The notes beneath the pieces are model-generated. The model was not told the DNA's origin and made no database searches. It saw only the letters and a list, made by a program, of their open reading frames with translations. The position numbers and the translations under genes are program-made. A DNA stretch of 64,000 bases from Marsupella aquatica (Eukaryota > Plantae > Marchantiophyta). Positions within the stretch are counted from its first letter, which is position 1; each line of letters starts with the position of its first letter. Where the stretch lies: NCBI GenBank assembly GCA_973895155.1, contig OZ316892.1, forward strand, positions 17,970,357-18,034,356. Reading direction: 5' to 3'. This document shows, in pieces, positions 13,365 through 25,800 of the stretch.

Positions 13365-13987
13365 GTACGCCCTTCCTCGACGATAGACCACTCCTGTCCA
13401 ACACAGCAGACGTCCTCTCACCACTTCAAAACGACACACGTTGGTCGATGATCATTTCCAGGACTTCTGCTCCTGTCGATGACTCATCCATTCTCTTCCG
13501 AATGTTCATCTCATGCACATCCTTAACTTAGGGGTTGCGCTCGAGAACTCCCGAATCTCCGCGGACTGAAAGGCGAGGCGTCGCGAGGCTAGGCGAGGTG
13601 ACGGGAGAATCGTATTGCATGAGAGAGTGTGGAGCAAGGAACAGTCTCAGCAGCAAGGACAATTCGACGGGGCGGCTGGTAAGCAGATTGAGAGTACTTG
13701 CCCTTGTATTTGAGATTCGGTGCATAATGTCAGAGATTTGAGGCAGAATGCATCCGATTTGCCCACAGTTAACAGAAGTAGGCTGTTCAGTGTATTTATT
13801 GGATTTTGCAGCTTCCTGGACAACGTTCTCAAGGGCGGGGTTCTCTTTGCATGTCTATGAGACAAGCCTTGGATGATCAGCAGCTCCAAGGCGAGCTACA
13901 GTAGCTAGCCAGACCCTTTGGAGTTGGTAGGACAGGTGCAGCCCATTGAATCAGGGGCTGAGGTTGCACACCGTTCTTGTTGGTCTG

Positions 13988-14647
13988 ATGGGTGCCAAAA
14001 GCAGCACGCATGGAAAACCAACAGTGTCATCCAAGATCGAAAAGAGGATGGTACAAGCCATGGTAGAACGAGCCAAGAGAGGGCAGAGCGCGATAAAAAC
14101 CTTCAACAGCATTATACTCAAATTCCCGCGAATTGATGAAGCATTCGAAGCTGTGAAGGCCGTGTTTAAGAAATTTGATATAGATGGCAGCGGGACAATA
14201 GACTTAGTAGAGTTGAAAACATGTTTTGAGGAGCTGCAGGTGAACTTCACGGAGGAAGAAATGAGGGAGTACTACGAGGAAAGTGACCTTGATGGCAGCC
14301 AGGGCATCGATTTTAAGGAATTTATAGTCTTGCTTGCTTTAGTCTATTTGCTCGGTGAACCAATTGAAGGAAGTTCTCATAAAAAGGATCATTCGAAAAT
14401 GGGGCTCCCACAGCTAGAAGCAACTTTTGATACGATTGTGGAGGCGTTTATTTTTTTCGACGCAAATGGGGATGGATATATCAGCAAGGAGGAAATCATA
14501 AAGTCTATCAATCAGATATCTCCAAGTAGAAGTGCTGATAGCCTAGGAGTGAAAAGATTTGAGGAGATGGATTGGGACCACAATGGGTTGGTGACATTCA
14601 AGGAGTTTCTTTTTGCTTTCACGGATTGGGTGGGCTTGGAATATTAA
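13988..14647 (+). CDS. CML21: Calmodulin-like calcium-binding protein, CML21/CML22 clade, 219 aa, single coding exon
   Basis: ATG at 13988 (MGAKSS..., N-myristoylation-like). Clade-typical KTFNSIILKFPRID and four EF-hand loops (DIDGSGTID, DLDGSQGID, DANGDGYIS, DWDHNGLVT). Ends FKEFLFAFTDWVGLEY with TAA at 14645-14647. Confidence 0.92.
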   Translation: MGAKSSTHGKPTVSSKIEKRMVQAMVERAKRGQSAIKTFNSIILKFPRIDEAFEAVKAVFKKFDIDGSGTIDLVELKTCFEELQVNFTEEEMREYYEESDLDGSQGIDFKEFIVLLALVYLLGEPIEGSSHKKDHSKMGLPQLEATFDTIVEAFIFFDANGDGYISKEEIIKSINQISPSRSADSLGVKRFEEMDWDHNGLVTFKEFLFAFTDWVGLEY

Positions 14648-16209
14648 TCAGGTGAATGGAGTACAAGATGCCTTCCTGTGTACAATATTCTTGTGTACAA
14701 AATAAATACTGTACCTTGTTTGTCCTCTTTCATTGTAATAGCCCATCTTTCTGGTTGTTAATGTTTACCCAGGCTTAACAGTGAAACCTTAGATCTCTCT
14801 GGGCATGTTGGACTGCTTCTGCTCGATGAAGAGCGACTTCGATGCGTACAATTACAGGAAGCACAGCTTCACTGAAGGCTTAGAAACCGAAGCAATAAAT
14901 CATACTTCTTTCTCATATGGAACACGGTTTCCCTACATTGCTCTGTGGATCGATGGACAGCCTTGGATTGGTTTTCTCATCTTTGTACTTTGACTTTGTG
15001 ATGTGTAATTCTCCCCATATTAGACCAAATCAATTGCAAGAGTCGGGACTCTCCTAGCAATACGAAGAGATCTGTAAACAATTGGACATTTGGTGTAGTT
15101 CCTCTCCAAGTTCAGGCACAACCAGCTCTACTCCTATAGGTCAAATCTACTCACACTAGCAGGGCAATAGCTTCTGACTCCACCATGACGATACCTCATC
15201 CCCTTCGAATGTAACGAGCATCCAGACAACTATTATCGTTGACTGCTTACATTGCGTGCATAGCAGGAAGGACGCGAGACAGTCTTCCGAGAGTTGTATA
15301 GCCGCTCATTTCGGAAGCTGTGCGACAAACAGAATCCACAGGATTTACGATACTTCTAGTTTATGAAATTTTAGAACAGATATGTAACTGATGATCGAAG
15401 CAGTTACCTAACTCAATTTAGTAAAGAAAAACTACGTGCATTGCCCAATTCAGGCGTACGACAATGGCATCTAACATAGAGCAGTTGACTACAAATGGCA
15501 AAAGCAGCCAGAATATCAAATCTTATTGTATCATCTTTATATTCAAGAAGAAACAGTAGTTCTCAATCCTAACAATGGTGCTTGAGCTCTAGACCATCGT
15601 AAATATCCTCCTGACTGGAACTTCTGGAGCAATAGTAAAAAAGTCTGTATCATGAGTAAGGCATGGTTGCCACATTCTATTCGCGGGGACTAAAATCCCT
15701 CATGAATCCGTGATTCTTGCCTCATTTTTCAACACAGCGACGATTATCTAGACTCTCCATGAAGATTTGAACTTGATCCTTGGTGGCGAGCTCGTATTTT
15801 GGCTCCACGAGGGCAATGACTTGGATGAGGGCCAGACAATCCAGACTTGGGTTGAAAGCCTGTTGTGTCATGAGTTTCGAATGCAGTCACAATTTGGAGG
15901 TAAACATTAAATAATGGCTGCCAACTCAGCTTGTAGCCGCTCTTCAACGACATGACTACGCTCCAGAGGTCGGCTAGGCGCTGTCTTCACTGAAAGTCCA
16001 GAGGTAAACGAACGTCCACAATCTCTGTCAACTACTGCCAGGAGCCAGAAGAGCAAAGTGGCTACCACGTGCAGCACGAACACCAGTTTACTTGAACGAC
16101 TGGCCCATCTCAATAAAAGGATGAAAACCCGTCCAGGTTGGGTGGATATGTTCGACAATGCCACTTCCTCCAATAAGGAAAAACCTCGAAGTGGTCCCTT
16201 CTTCCCGTG

Positions 16210-18154
16210 CTACGAAATGAATCGAAGGTCCGTCGGCTTATCAACACAAATTGCTCCTTGTTTTTCTCGCAAAGCACGGAGTGCCTCGAGCTCAGTCCGA
16301 AATCGAATCAAAGCGCGTTGAACAATTTCAGTTCTCGTTGGTGCCATGGGACCTCGGTTAGCTGCAACCGGAAATTGAACACGTCTGCAACCAATTCCGT
16401 ACATCAGCTTAAGCAAACTCTCACTCGGGTCTTATCTTCAGTTTGACAGAGGCCAGTTGTAAACCCACATTTCCTTGAAGATGGGTGGGAGGATTCCAGC
16501 AAACATGTCCATTCTGAATGTCCAAACACACGCTATCTTACCATAACAACCATAAATCAAAGAATACAAGGCATGGACGTTGGAACTTACGATCTTACGA
16601 ACTTGATAGCGTAATTAGAATCCAGTGCGTAGCCAGAGAAAAAGCGTTCAACATCATCGGTCATGACATTAAAACCCACATTTGGAATAATGAGCTGCAA
16701 CCATCGACGACAGATGCTTAAAACTTAACAGTGAATCCGTAACTTTCAGCTCCTATACGCATCCCTTGCCTTCCCTAGGGTTATTACGTCTGATTATTGA
16801 ACTTCAATCAACATAGATACCGTCAGGGAAGCTCTACAGTCTGCTTACCGATCGGCCACGATAAGGCTCTAAAACCTTATTTACTTCATCCATCTCGAAC
16901 TCTTCCTGCACCAACCAAGATTACAATGCAAAAAAACATCATAACCTAAAGCAAATGCTTCTGCTTCCTATTACGTAGAAGAGAATCAACAACCGAAACT
17001 GTCACAAAGCTCGCAAGGGCACATCATTCGAACTCTGAACCAATCACGCTAACCAGTAATACCAACGGATGAAGGTCGTACCGATGTCAATTTCAAGTAG
17101 CGCGCTCCAAAACGACCCTTCGAAGCTAGAGATTTCTGGGCTTGCTGGAAGCTCTCTAATGAAGGCAACTGAATTTCACTGCACGACTCCAACAGAACCA
17201 ATTCTTCCTCAATATTACGTTAACCAATAATTAAGCCATTGAGATGCATAGCCATTGAAGGGTTTAAGACCCTTCTCAAGAAAATGATGCTTGACACCCA
17301 TCACTCATGAGAAGTTGCTAAAAAGTGATATGACCTGCTGTGATTGATCAGACCAATTGCTGAACTTTAGGTTTTGAATGCCGAAACCGAAGGTCTGCAG
17401 ATGCCAGAGCTCAAGTAATCTGACTCAAAGAACTTACATAAACTTAAGACGGTACTTCGAGTCATAGATATACAGAAAATCTTCCGCCGTCAAATTGCAA
17501 CCCTTCAAAAGCCAAAGAAGGTCGCTTTTAAACGGGAACTTTGGGACATTGGCGATCCGGGCAACCACCTTCTCTGCCAATGGGAATGTAATCAAATAAT
17601 TCAATGTCTGGGCAGAAACCACTTGGACCTTCTAGAGCTAGGATCGAGCAACTCAAATCCAGGAAAAAAGTGGAGAAGCAAGCGAACGAATGGAGTCCAA
17701 AACGTGTAAGGAAGCTTCTATGGTTATTCTGAAATAGGACAGAGCCATGAATGCCAATGGTAGTGAACTCATTACGTGATCCATCGGCAGCTGATCGCAT
17801 GATTGGACGTCGTCCAGGACTCGTACTGTGACTCCTGCACGTCCAACCGAACCCCAAACTTCCATAGGGCGACTGAGAAGACAATGCGCCGCTCGTACTG
17901 AGCGCAAAGTTTCTTCCAGGTAAGAGTTTAATCGTGTAATTTTCCAAGCGAATAAGGGAATGCTGATCCCTTGAGGAAGCGTCAAATGTGGCTCTCCGAA
18001 GTGATTCAACCCCAAAACCCTGATTACCTACGCCTCCGTCAGTTCCTCCCAGGACGGGCCAAACATTCCCCGAAAGCCGGCTTTCACTGAAATTCCAACA
18101 CCTACAGTTTCGCGGAAGAGCTTTAGCACCGAGACGCGAGGCAGACCCTGCCAT
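16210..18154 (-). CDS. Probably organelle-targeted protein with two RRM-like domains (resembles the Arabidopsis At5g02740-type family)
   Basis: Downstream exons splice in phase: ~17631-17438, 17178-17082, 16905-16849, 16694-16591, 16384-16210 (TAG). Peptide includes KSDLLWLLKGCNLTAEDF, IEIQLPSLESFQQAQKSLASKGR, NVMTDDVERFFSGY and RALIRFRTELEALRALREKQG. N-terminus from ATG 18154 is Arg/Ser-rich and transit-peptide-like. The first splice junction is unresolved and the family assignment is from memory. Confidence 0.75.
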
Positions 18155-20118
18155 TTGATCTATTTCGCGAACGAACTGGAGGCTGGGATTTGGATGTCTG
18201 AAGCTGAGTGCAAACCTCAAGACCTAAACCCTTCCAAACCACGAGTGCTGTACAGTAGCATGAAAAACCCTTGCGGTTTTCTTTGGTTTTAATAGAGCTT
18301 GTATGCTCACTACTTTCCTTGGCATTACCTATGGAATGCTATTCGCCTGCTTCCGAGCTCGCGTTGGGTCTGGGCGACCACTTCACTGTCGATCTCAGGG
18401 AAGGAGGCCTCGATTTCAATCTCCTACGACGGCTTCAGCTTCAGATTTTACAATGGCCAGCCACCAGAGCAAAATTCTCCGCGGGGGCTTTGGACTCACA
18501 GAGTGCGCTTTCGACTCCAGAACACATGCTGAAACGCAAACACGACAAAGTCATACTGTGTGGTGCGGAACCGTGGGGCGAACAGGGTTTCATGGGGTCT
18601 CATAGGTTCATCTATAAATTAGTCTCACTCTTCTCCAAGTAAAAAATTTATGTTGCATTAAGGTTCACATTCACGTTTGAGATCACTCAAACAAAGTTGA
18701 TATGGAGACCCCACACATTACATCTCATTAAAAATGAACCCTACATTATATGGTCTGTAGCCTATTGATTTTGCCTGCGGGGTAGTTGTTTTTGTGCAGT
18801 GTTTGGGATATCACTCCACAACCTTAATGTATATAGTTAAGACGTCGGGTGTTTCCTAATGAGGTATTGTATATGGTCAACCCGCATTTGCGAGGAGACC
18901 GTATATGGGAGGTAAAGTACTGACATAAAGAAACAAGCAGGTGTCCTTAGCTGCACAGTAAGGGTGTTTGTGTGGTTCAACACTGATTGTCACCTTTAAC
19001 ATTTGAGAGCAATAGCGCTGTAATCACCACCGGCTGTCAAATACTGATCCCGAGCAGTCACGCTGTAATGTTGACCGTATGTATATCGTGTCAAACTACG
19101 GTGATAAATAATGAGATATAATCAAGTCAAAAAGCACTGTCATGGCAGCAGCCTAAAGCCCCGAAACCTGAAAAACCACACAGATGACCTTAACGGACAG
19201 TTAAAGATAAAAAGTCTTTTGAATAGACAGTCTCGACCGCTTGCAGTGTTTGGGATATCACTTGACAACCTTAATGAACAGTGAAAGATAAAAAGGCTTT
19301 TGAATATACAGTCTACCTCTGCACAGGCTGAAATCATATTTGGTCAAATTTAAATTTCATTAAGGGATACTGCATGTAGTTCACCGTATACATTAAGAGG
19401 GTCAAATGTCTCCTTGCTTATCATTGATAATATTTCTATCACTCTGCACGGGGATTTAGCAGCATTCATCCGCCCTGAAAGTATGAAAGTTTATATTTAT
19501 GCACGGTAAACGGTCTCTGTTATGTCCCACATGTAGGTCGACACAGGGTTACCCTATATCTCATAAAGTTAACCAGGTGACCTTAATCCTATACTTTTAG
19601 AGTTGCAGGGTCCTGGTTTGTAAAGCCACCTAAGGGCTGCCCCAACAAAGTCCCTGTTGTAAAGCATGTCATGTGGAGGTGTTACTTTCAAAATGTGTAG
19701 GGCAACACATCCCCTGAGGGGATCATGGGTTAGGAGTGTAAACCTGGCCGGTGAATATTAAAGAAACTATGTTTGGGAAAGCCAAGACCTTGATCTAAGC
19801 CAATAACACGCATTTAAAATCAAGGAATCCCCTACTAGGCTGGTGAAGACCTAGGGTCCATAATCTTCAACAAGAGTAGAAAGGAAGATTCACAATGAAG
19901 GTTTAGGGTGCCACTCACTCCCTTTTGTTGTTTTTGTCCTGGCCAATAAGTGAATTTCCCGAGGGGCATTCAAGCCTGAAGAAGATGTGGTCTCTATGTG
20001 TCCTGTATGTGAAGCAGCTTTGCCATATAGTTCAAGCATGGCCAAAAAGGAGGCATTCCTAGTGTGAGTATTCAAATTTTCGTTTCATTCACTGATATCA
20101 CTGATGGAATCTGTTGAC

Positions 20119-20425
20119 CCGGGTTTGGACTTGCCCGGCAAATAGAGGCTTTAGAGTCCGTTGACCGGCAACTCATCACCCGGACCGTCCCGGGCGCTCG
20201 ATCTTGACTTCCCGGCCATGACCTCCCTGCCCCGTCCGGCTCCACCCCACCCCAACCCTGTCCCGGCCTGTCGCAGCCCTGGCCCCTCCCGGCCCGGCCT
20301 GGCCCCACACCCGGTCCGGCTCGAGGAATAACAAGGAATATCCAACATTTGGGCCAATTTTTGCCCGGAAAATGACGAGTTTACGTGCCTAACAACTTGG
20401 CAAGTTGCCCGTCACTTCAACCTGG
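20119..20425. mobile_element. GC-rich non-autonomous hAT-like element (MITE)
   Basis: Flanked by a perfect 8-bp direct repeat CTGTTGAC (20111-20118, 20426-20433). Short imperfect TIR ccgggtt / aacctgg. Interior packed with CCCGG/CCGG motifs against an AT-richer background. Confidence 0.65.
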
Positions 20426-21473
20426 CTGTTGACAAGGGATCTACTCTAGCAGAAAGCACCAACGGAAAGTTACTACATATTCATGCCATATTCTCAGGCA
20501 TGAACTGTCATTGTAAGTATCAGTGCTGGGTAAATTCTCAATTCAAATTCCATCCTCGGAGGCCAAGTTACATATGTGCCACCAGGGGGATGCAATTTAT
20601 TTCGGTGCATCCTATTGAGGTATTCTATTGTTCTTTGCTCATGAGTTTTCCACCATGTACTCTTCCCCTCCCTCATCAAGGTGAGAGACTTCATCACAAA
20701 TCCACCATTTTTTGAATTGTCTTATTGGAAGTTCTGATTTGTCCAAAGTGAAATCTTTCCTTCTTATTTCTAACCATTTAAATTTATATATAAAGCCTTT
20801 CATAATTTTGTAATTTATTTTTCCATGTGGTTTTCCACTTACCCGTTTAAATTATTATATAAATCTTTTCCTTTCCACCTTTATTCCCAGTTTGAAGTTG
20901 ACACAAGAAGAGCCCACAAATCCACTCAATAAATAGAACAATGGTTATGGTGATAGTAGAGACTTGGACTCTACAACAACCATCTCCCAATGACCATGTG
21001 CACAACATTGTGATACTGTAAAGTTTATGATCCACCGGTAACAAAAAGGTGTTTAATCAAATTGTAGTGTAGATCTAGGCAGCCTAATTTCTAAGGTTTT
21101 TCTTTTTGCCAGGGTGGCAAATGTCATATTGAGTTAAGGAGAAGATCCTATGAATACATTTATCTAATTTTACTAGATCAATTATTTTTGATTGTCAGAT
21201 GTCCCTAGAACTAAGGCTAACCATCATATTGGCTAATGGGGTGTGTGACTAGGTGGCAGAGGGATTAGTGGACATTAAAATATCTAGCAATTTTCTTGCC
21301 AAAAGTGTGACTAATCATTTTCAGAGAGGTGGAATCTAACAGATTTTTGCCAGTTAAATGACCTGTTTTCATGGCTTTCCCGCCCAGCCCCTTTGACACA
21401 CGCCAAGTGTAACAACAGTGTAGTGCAGTAAGCTGCACGGCATGCTCTCCAGCTGCTCAACTTCCTGTTATTT

Positions 21474-21668
21474 TGTAGCTGCTGGTTCGCGTCTTCTTGT
21501 TGCTTTGCTCCCCTGTTATTATCTCATTACTCTGTGTTACAATAGCGACACGGCATCGGCTGTAGCTGCTGGTTCGCGTCGTCTTGTTGCTCTGCTCCCC
21601 TGTTCGTATGTTTTCATTACTCTGTATTACAATTGCGGGAATGGCGAAAATGGCGCCACGGCATCGGC
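21474..21668. repeat. ~87-bp imperfect tandem duplication upstream of PIEZO
   Basis: tgtagctgctggttcgcgtc...cacggcatcggc starts at 21474 and again at 21561. The second copy has a short insertion. Confidence 0.85.
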
Positions 21669-22841
21669 AGGCGCCGAGGGACAAAAGCACACGCCGTGCA
21701 TTTCACTGGAGAATTGTGGCCTGTGTCTAGTAGCATCAGCTCGACTTCGTGACCTTGACTTCAGAATGCACTATGCACTGCATTTCTTTTTCGACTTCTT
21801 CGACTTCCGCTTGGAGTTCGAGGAAGGCTACCAGTCTACAGCGGTTGTGCCTCGCTTCAGCTGCTATAGACCTTCCAAGCGAGAGGGGAGGGGACCGGAG
21901 CATAAACCTTTGTGGTTGAAAGTGCCTCCCGTACCAACATCGAGAAAAACTGCGCTGCACAGTCTGTGTTGCTGATTCGTGTGAGTTGGAGAATTCGAAC
22001 TTGTGGCATGTGAGATTTGTGAATGAATTGCTTCTGCCGGCGCCAGGTGGCCTATGGTGCCTCGCCTGATGTCTTGGTACTAGAGTGATCTCACGTTACA
22101 CGCGGAGGAGTCCAGCAGCGGATCCGATCCTCGCTCGTAGGTCTTGCCTTTCTGGTTGATAGGCTCCCCCGTACCAACGTCGGGTACTACTCTAATAAAC
22201 AGTGCGTGCCGCTGACGAGGGATTTTGGAGGGAATTCGAATTTGTGGCGATTGCCCCTTCAGGCGGCGTCCGGCTCCTTTTGCAGTCACGTTCTTTGCGC
22301 CTTAATTATCCAGTGAGATTAATTTCTATCACCGTTTGTGGTCCGTCCGAGCGGCCACCTCTCTTCTTCTTGTGATCACAACTGCCATGGTAGTGGCGCT
22401 GTGAGTCGAAAACTGGGACGACTATTTTTTGGTTCAAATTCCGAGCAGCGTACCGGAGCGGATCGGAATAGGAGAAAATTGAGTAGATTGGATTTGAGGA
22501 GAATGTCTACACGGTTGCCGGTTGTCTTATTCCGGCCATTTTATTAAATAATTTGGATTGTGGCGGGAATTGAGAGTTGACGGAGGATTCAAGCAAGCTT
22601 GATGAGGTGTCGGTGGCACAAGATTATCTGGGTTATGGCTATGGCTCTTGATATCAAGAGAGCGGAAGTGCTGTCTAGTGCTCTGGTTTGAATATATAAA
22701 TGAGGGAATCCCGTTTCCTTTACTTCTGCCAACGAGAAAGTTGATTCCATCCTCTGTACTTTAGAATTCCTTGGACACAAAGGAGGGAAGTTCAATAGCG
22801 AGGACAATGCGCCATAATTCTTTTTACCTTCTGCCTGCATA

Positions 22842-25800
22842 ATGCAAGCTACTTCCATCGGGGCTTTTGCCCCGCTGGCGCTCCTTTGTGGTTCGTTAAA
22901 TCCTTCACTACGTCTCAGCCTCGGCTCTTCAATTTTGCTATGTTAATTTTCAATGGAATAGATGCAGGCTCAAATCTCTCTCAAATAGTGGTCCAAATCG
23001 ACAAACATATTGTCCCTACCCAGACTCTCATTTTCATTTCCAAACGTGACCAGAGTACGTTCATTCAAAGATATACTAGTTGTCAGTTTCGTAAGTCTAT
23101 GATGAATGATTGGTGGTATTTGGTGGTTCTAATCAACGACTATTTTGTGTGACTTTCTACAGCCGCTTTCGGGAGTTGGAGCTTGATCTCTCTGCTCTTT
23201 CTGGTGGCATTTTTTATTGTCCAATACAATGTACGAAGACCAGGTATTGCGAGGAGTTTTGGTTCTGACTGGAATGATCTTTTTGTGTGTTTATATCCTT
23301 TCCTTTGCTGATCACTTAGTGTCCTACCGGTTCACGTGAGTCGTGGGCTACTGTTGAGGAGAAGTAATCTCAGCTACCACTTAGAAGAGAAGTTGCCCTT
23401 CTGATTTCAGCTTTTTAATCCTGGCTGCTTTCTTTTTCTCTTCAGACGTTTAGCCATCCTGGCTCTTCAATTTAGGTGATATCTTTTCATTTTTATGAGC
23501 GCACGTATTGCCAGCTGATTACAACTGTCGTGCTCATGCTCTCTTTCAATTTCTGCAGCTCCACCAGCTAGACCAAGGCCAGCGCTGTGGATGTCCGTGG
23601 TGCTGCTTGCAACAACTATAATTGTAACGGAAGGTGTCGTCGAATTAGTATGGGCAATATTGGGGACGAACTCAATTCCTTCGGATTCCCCTCTCTTGAA
23701 CTTGCTAGGTCTTGCAAGGTGAGTTGACTACTTGCGGTAGTCTCTATTGCGTTTTATTTGTCTCCAGTTAGCTGCTCTCTGATTGTTACTTAATGGTAAT
23801 CATGGATGCTCTTTCTTTAAAAATCAGAGCAGGCACGGGCTTGCGGATACTCTGCTTCTCTCCTCCAACTCTTTTGCGCAATGGTGAAGATTTAACGGAA
23901 CCTCGCAATTCTTTACCGTTTCTCATTTTCGCAGCCATCCTCTCCCTGCTTAACATCAAGTGTGATTATCCTTGGGGAGATAACATGTCCTCGTGTTGCG
24001 TGATAACTTCCCATTCCACCTTGCTCAAGATGATGTTCAAGAATGCTGACTTGATTTACACAACTCCCATACCCTGTTTGAAGCAAGCCAGCAACACTAT
24101 CCTTCACTGGCTTCCATACAGTTGACAAATACTTCGTTAAGTTTCACTAACCTTGATATAATATGGACATCTCGGATCGGATGGAAGGGTGGAGACTACA
24201 TGATGTTCGTTGACATCAACAGACTTCATCTGCTTAGTTTCACGGCTTCTGTATTGTCTTGGTCCCCAACTGATTCTGGCCGAAACACAGGTTGGCAAAA
24301 TGATGTGCCTGGTCATGTTTTTCCTAGTCAACTGGGAAGTTGGCATAATCTTTCCTTCTGGCAGTTTATCAGAGCTTATCCCCACCTAGTTCGGATTGGT
24401 GTCAGGGATTGCACCATGGAGAGGATGCATAGCGATATATCAATAAGCAGATTGCATAACGTGTGAGTAGCGCTTGACAAATTGGAGCAAGAATATATGT
24501 AAAAATATGCCCCGCTTTGCCCGAGAAGGCAGGAACAGCAAACGATGAGCATCATTCAGTACAACGAAGTATAACACTAAATGACTGGAGGCTAGGTCAA
24601 GTATCTATTTAACCATCTGCCAGTGTCCGTTGAGAAATTCTTCCTCCATGGGACCACGCTTGCGTAGTGTGTTTTAGAAGTCTTACCAACTAAAAATACG
24701 AGAGAGAGAAGCTTCGTATGTACGGTTTGGAACTCCAAGTCCACAGTTTACCAGTCGTTTAATGCAACAGTTACTTTTTCAAACTAATGGCGTTTGGACT
24801 TTAAAACCGATCCATTCATTCAATTTTCCGGCAGTAAGACTAGTGTGTACCGCTGTGATTTCCAATAAGGTGGTTTGGAAGTGCAGTAGCATGCATTGGT
24901 TGCCATCCTATCTTACCAACTTGACCTGTACGATGCTATATGATTATTTTGTTGTGAACATGAGATGGTCTTGTACTGTGCCCAGCTGGCCATTTATGGA
25001 GGGACGCATTTCACGATCATCCCATAGCGTTCAAGCTGGCCATTTATGGAGGGACGCATTTCACAATCATCCCATAGCGTTCAAGCTTCTCGGGCTCTGA
25101 CGTCTAGATCCTCTGTGAGCTGCACCAGAGCAGTATGCTGCGACAGCTGGATCCTGTTAGTGGTGCCTGTCCAGCTGTCCAGCTGTCAAGCTACAACCTG
25201 ATGGTCTTTGTACTCCACACAGATCCTAGCCGTCTTGAAACAAAGTCAGGCGCAGGGTCAGAGTAGACAATTTTCTCTGATAAGCTCTTTCACGTGGGGC
25301 CCTATTTTGTAGTGTAACATTGCAGAGCCTGTTGGCTGTTCAAATCTTGTGACGGAAGATGGCAATCCTTGTCTTTTGCAGGTTGACAGACATTTCTCAG
25401 CTTTGGCAGATCTCATAGAGCTTATCCAGGTACTTCTGGAGTCCTCTGCTTCATGTGGACATCCATAGCTTAGAAGAATATTATCAGCTACATCAAAATG
25501 AAACTGCCAGTCCAACTAGTTCAAGTGTGAGAAAGGATAAAATTTGCTCCAGTTCATAAACGTATATTTTATAATACCTTTGGCAAGGCAGTCCTCCCTT
25601 GTTTTTGACCCGTCTGAAATGAGATAGGGTGCAAGTAGGTTTTCGTTTTCGTAACCTTATCAACGACATCTACCATCTGTTACAGTGTAGGGCTCCAATC
25701 TGCTGGAGCTACTCATTGGTCTTAGGATTTTCTCAACAGCTTTCCTTAACCCAGGCTAAACAGAACGGATCGCCCCAGTTCCTTTCTCTTGAGTCGGTAC

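Noticed and set aside
13946-13987. N-terminal extension of the CML ORF in the supplied track
   Set aside because: It starts at a non-ATG codon. The ATG at 13988 gives the family-typical Met-Gly start.
21442-21975. 177-aa ORF upstream of PIEZO
   Set aside because: It spans the tandem duplication and has no recognisable domain; most likely non-coding.
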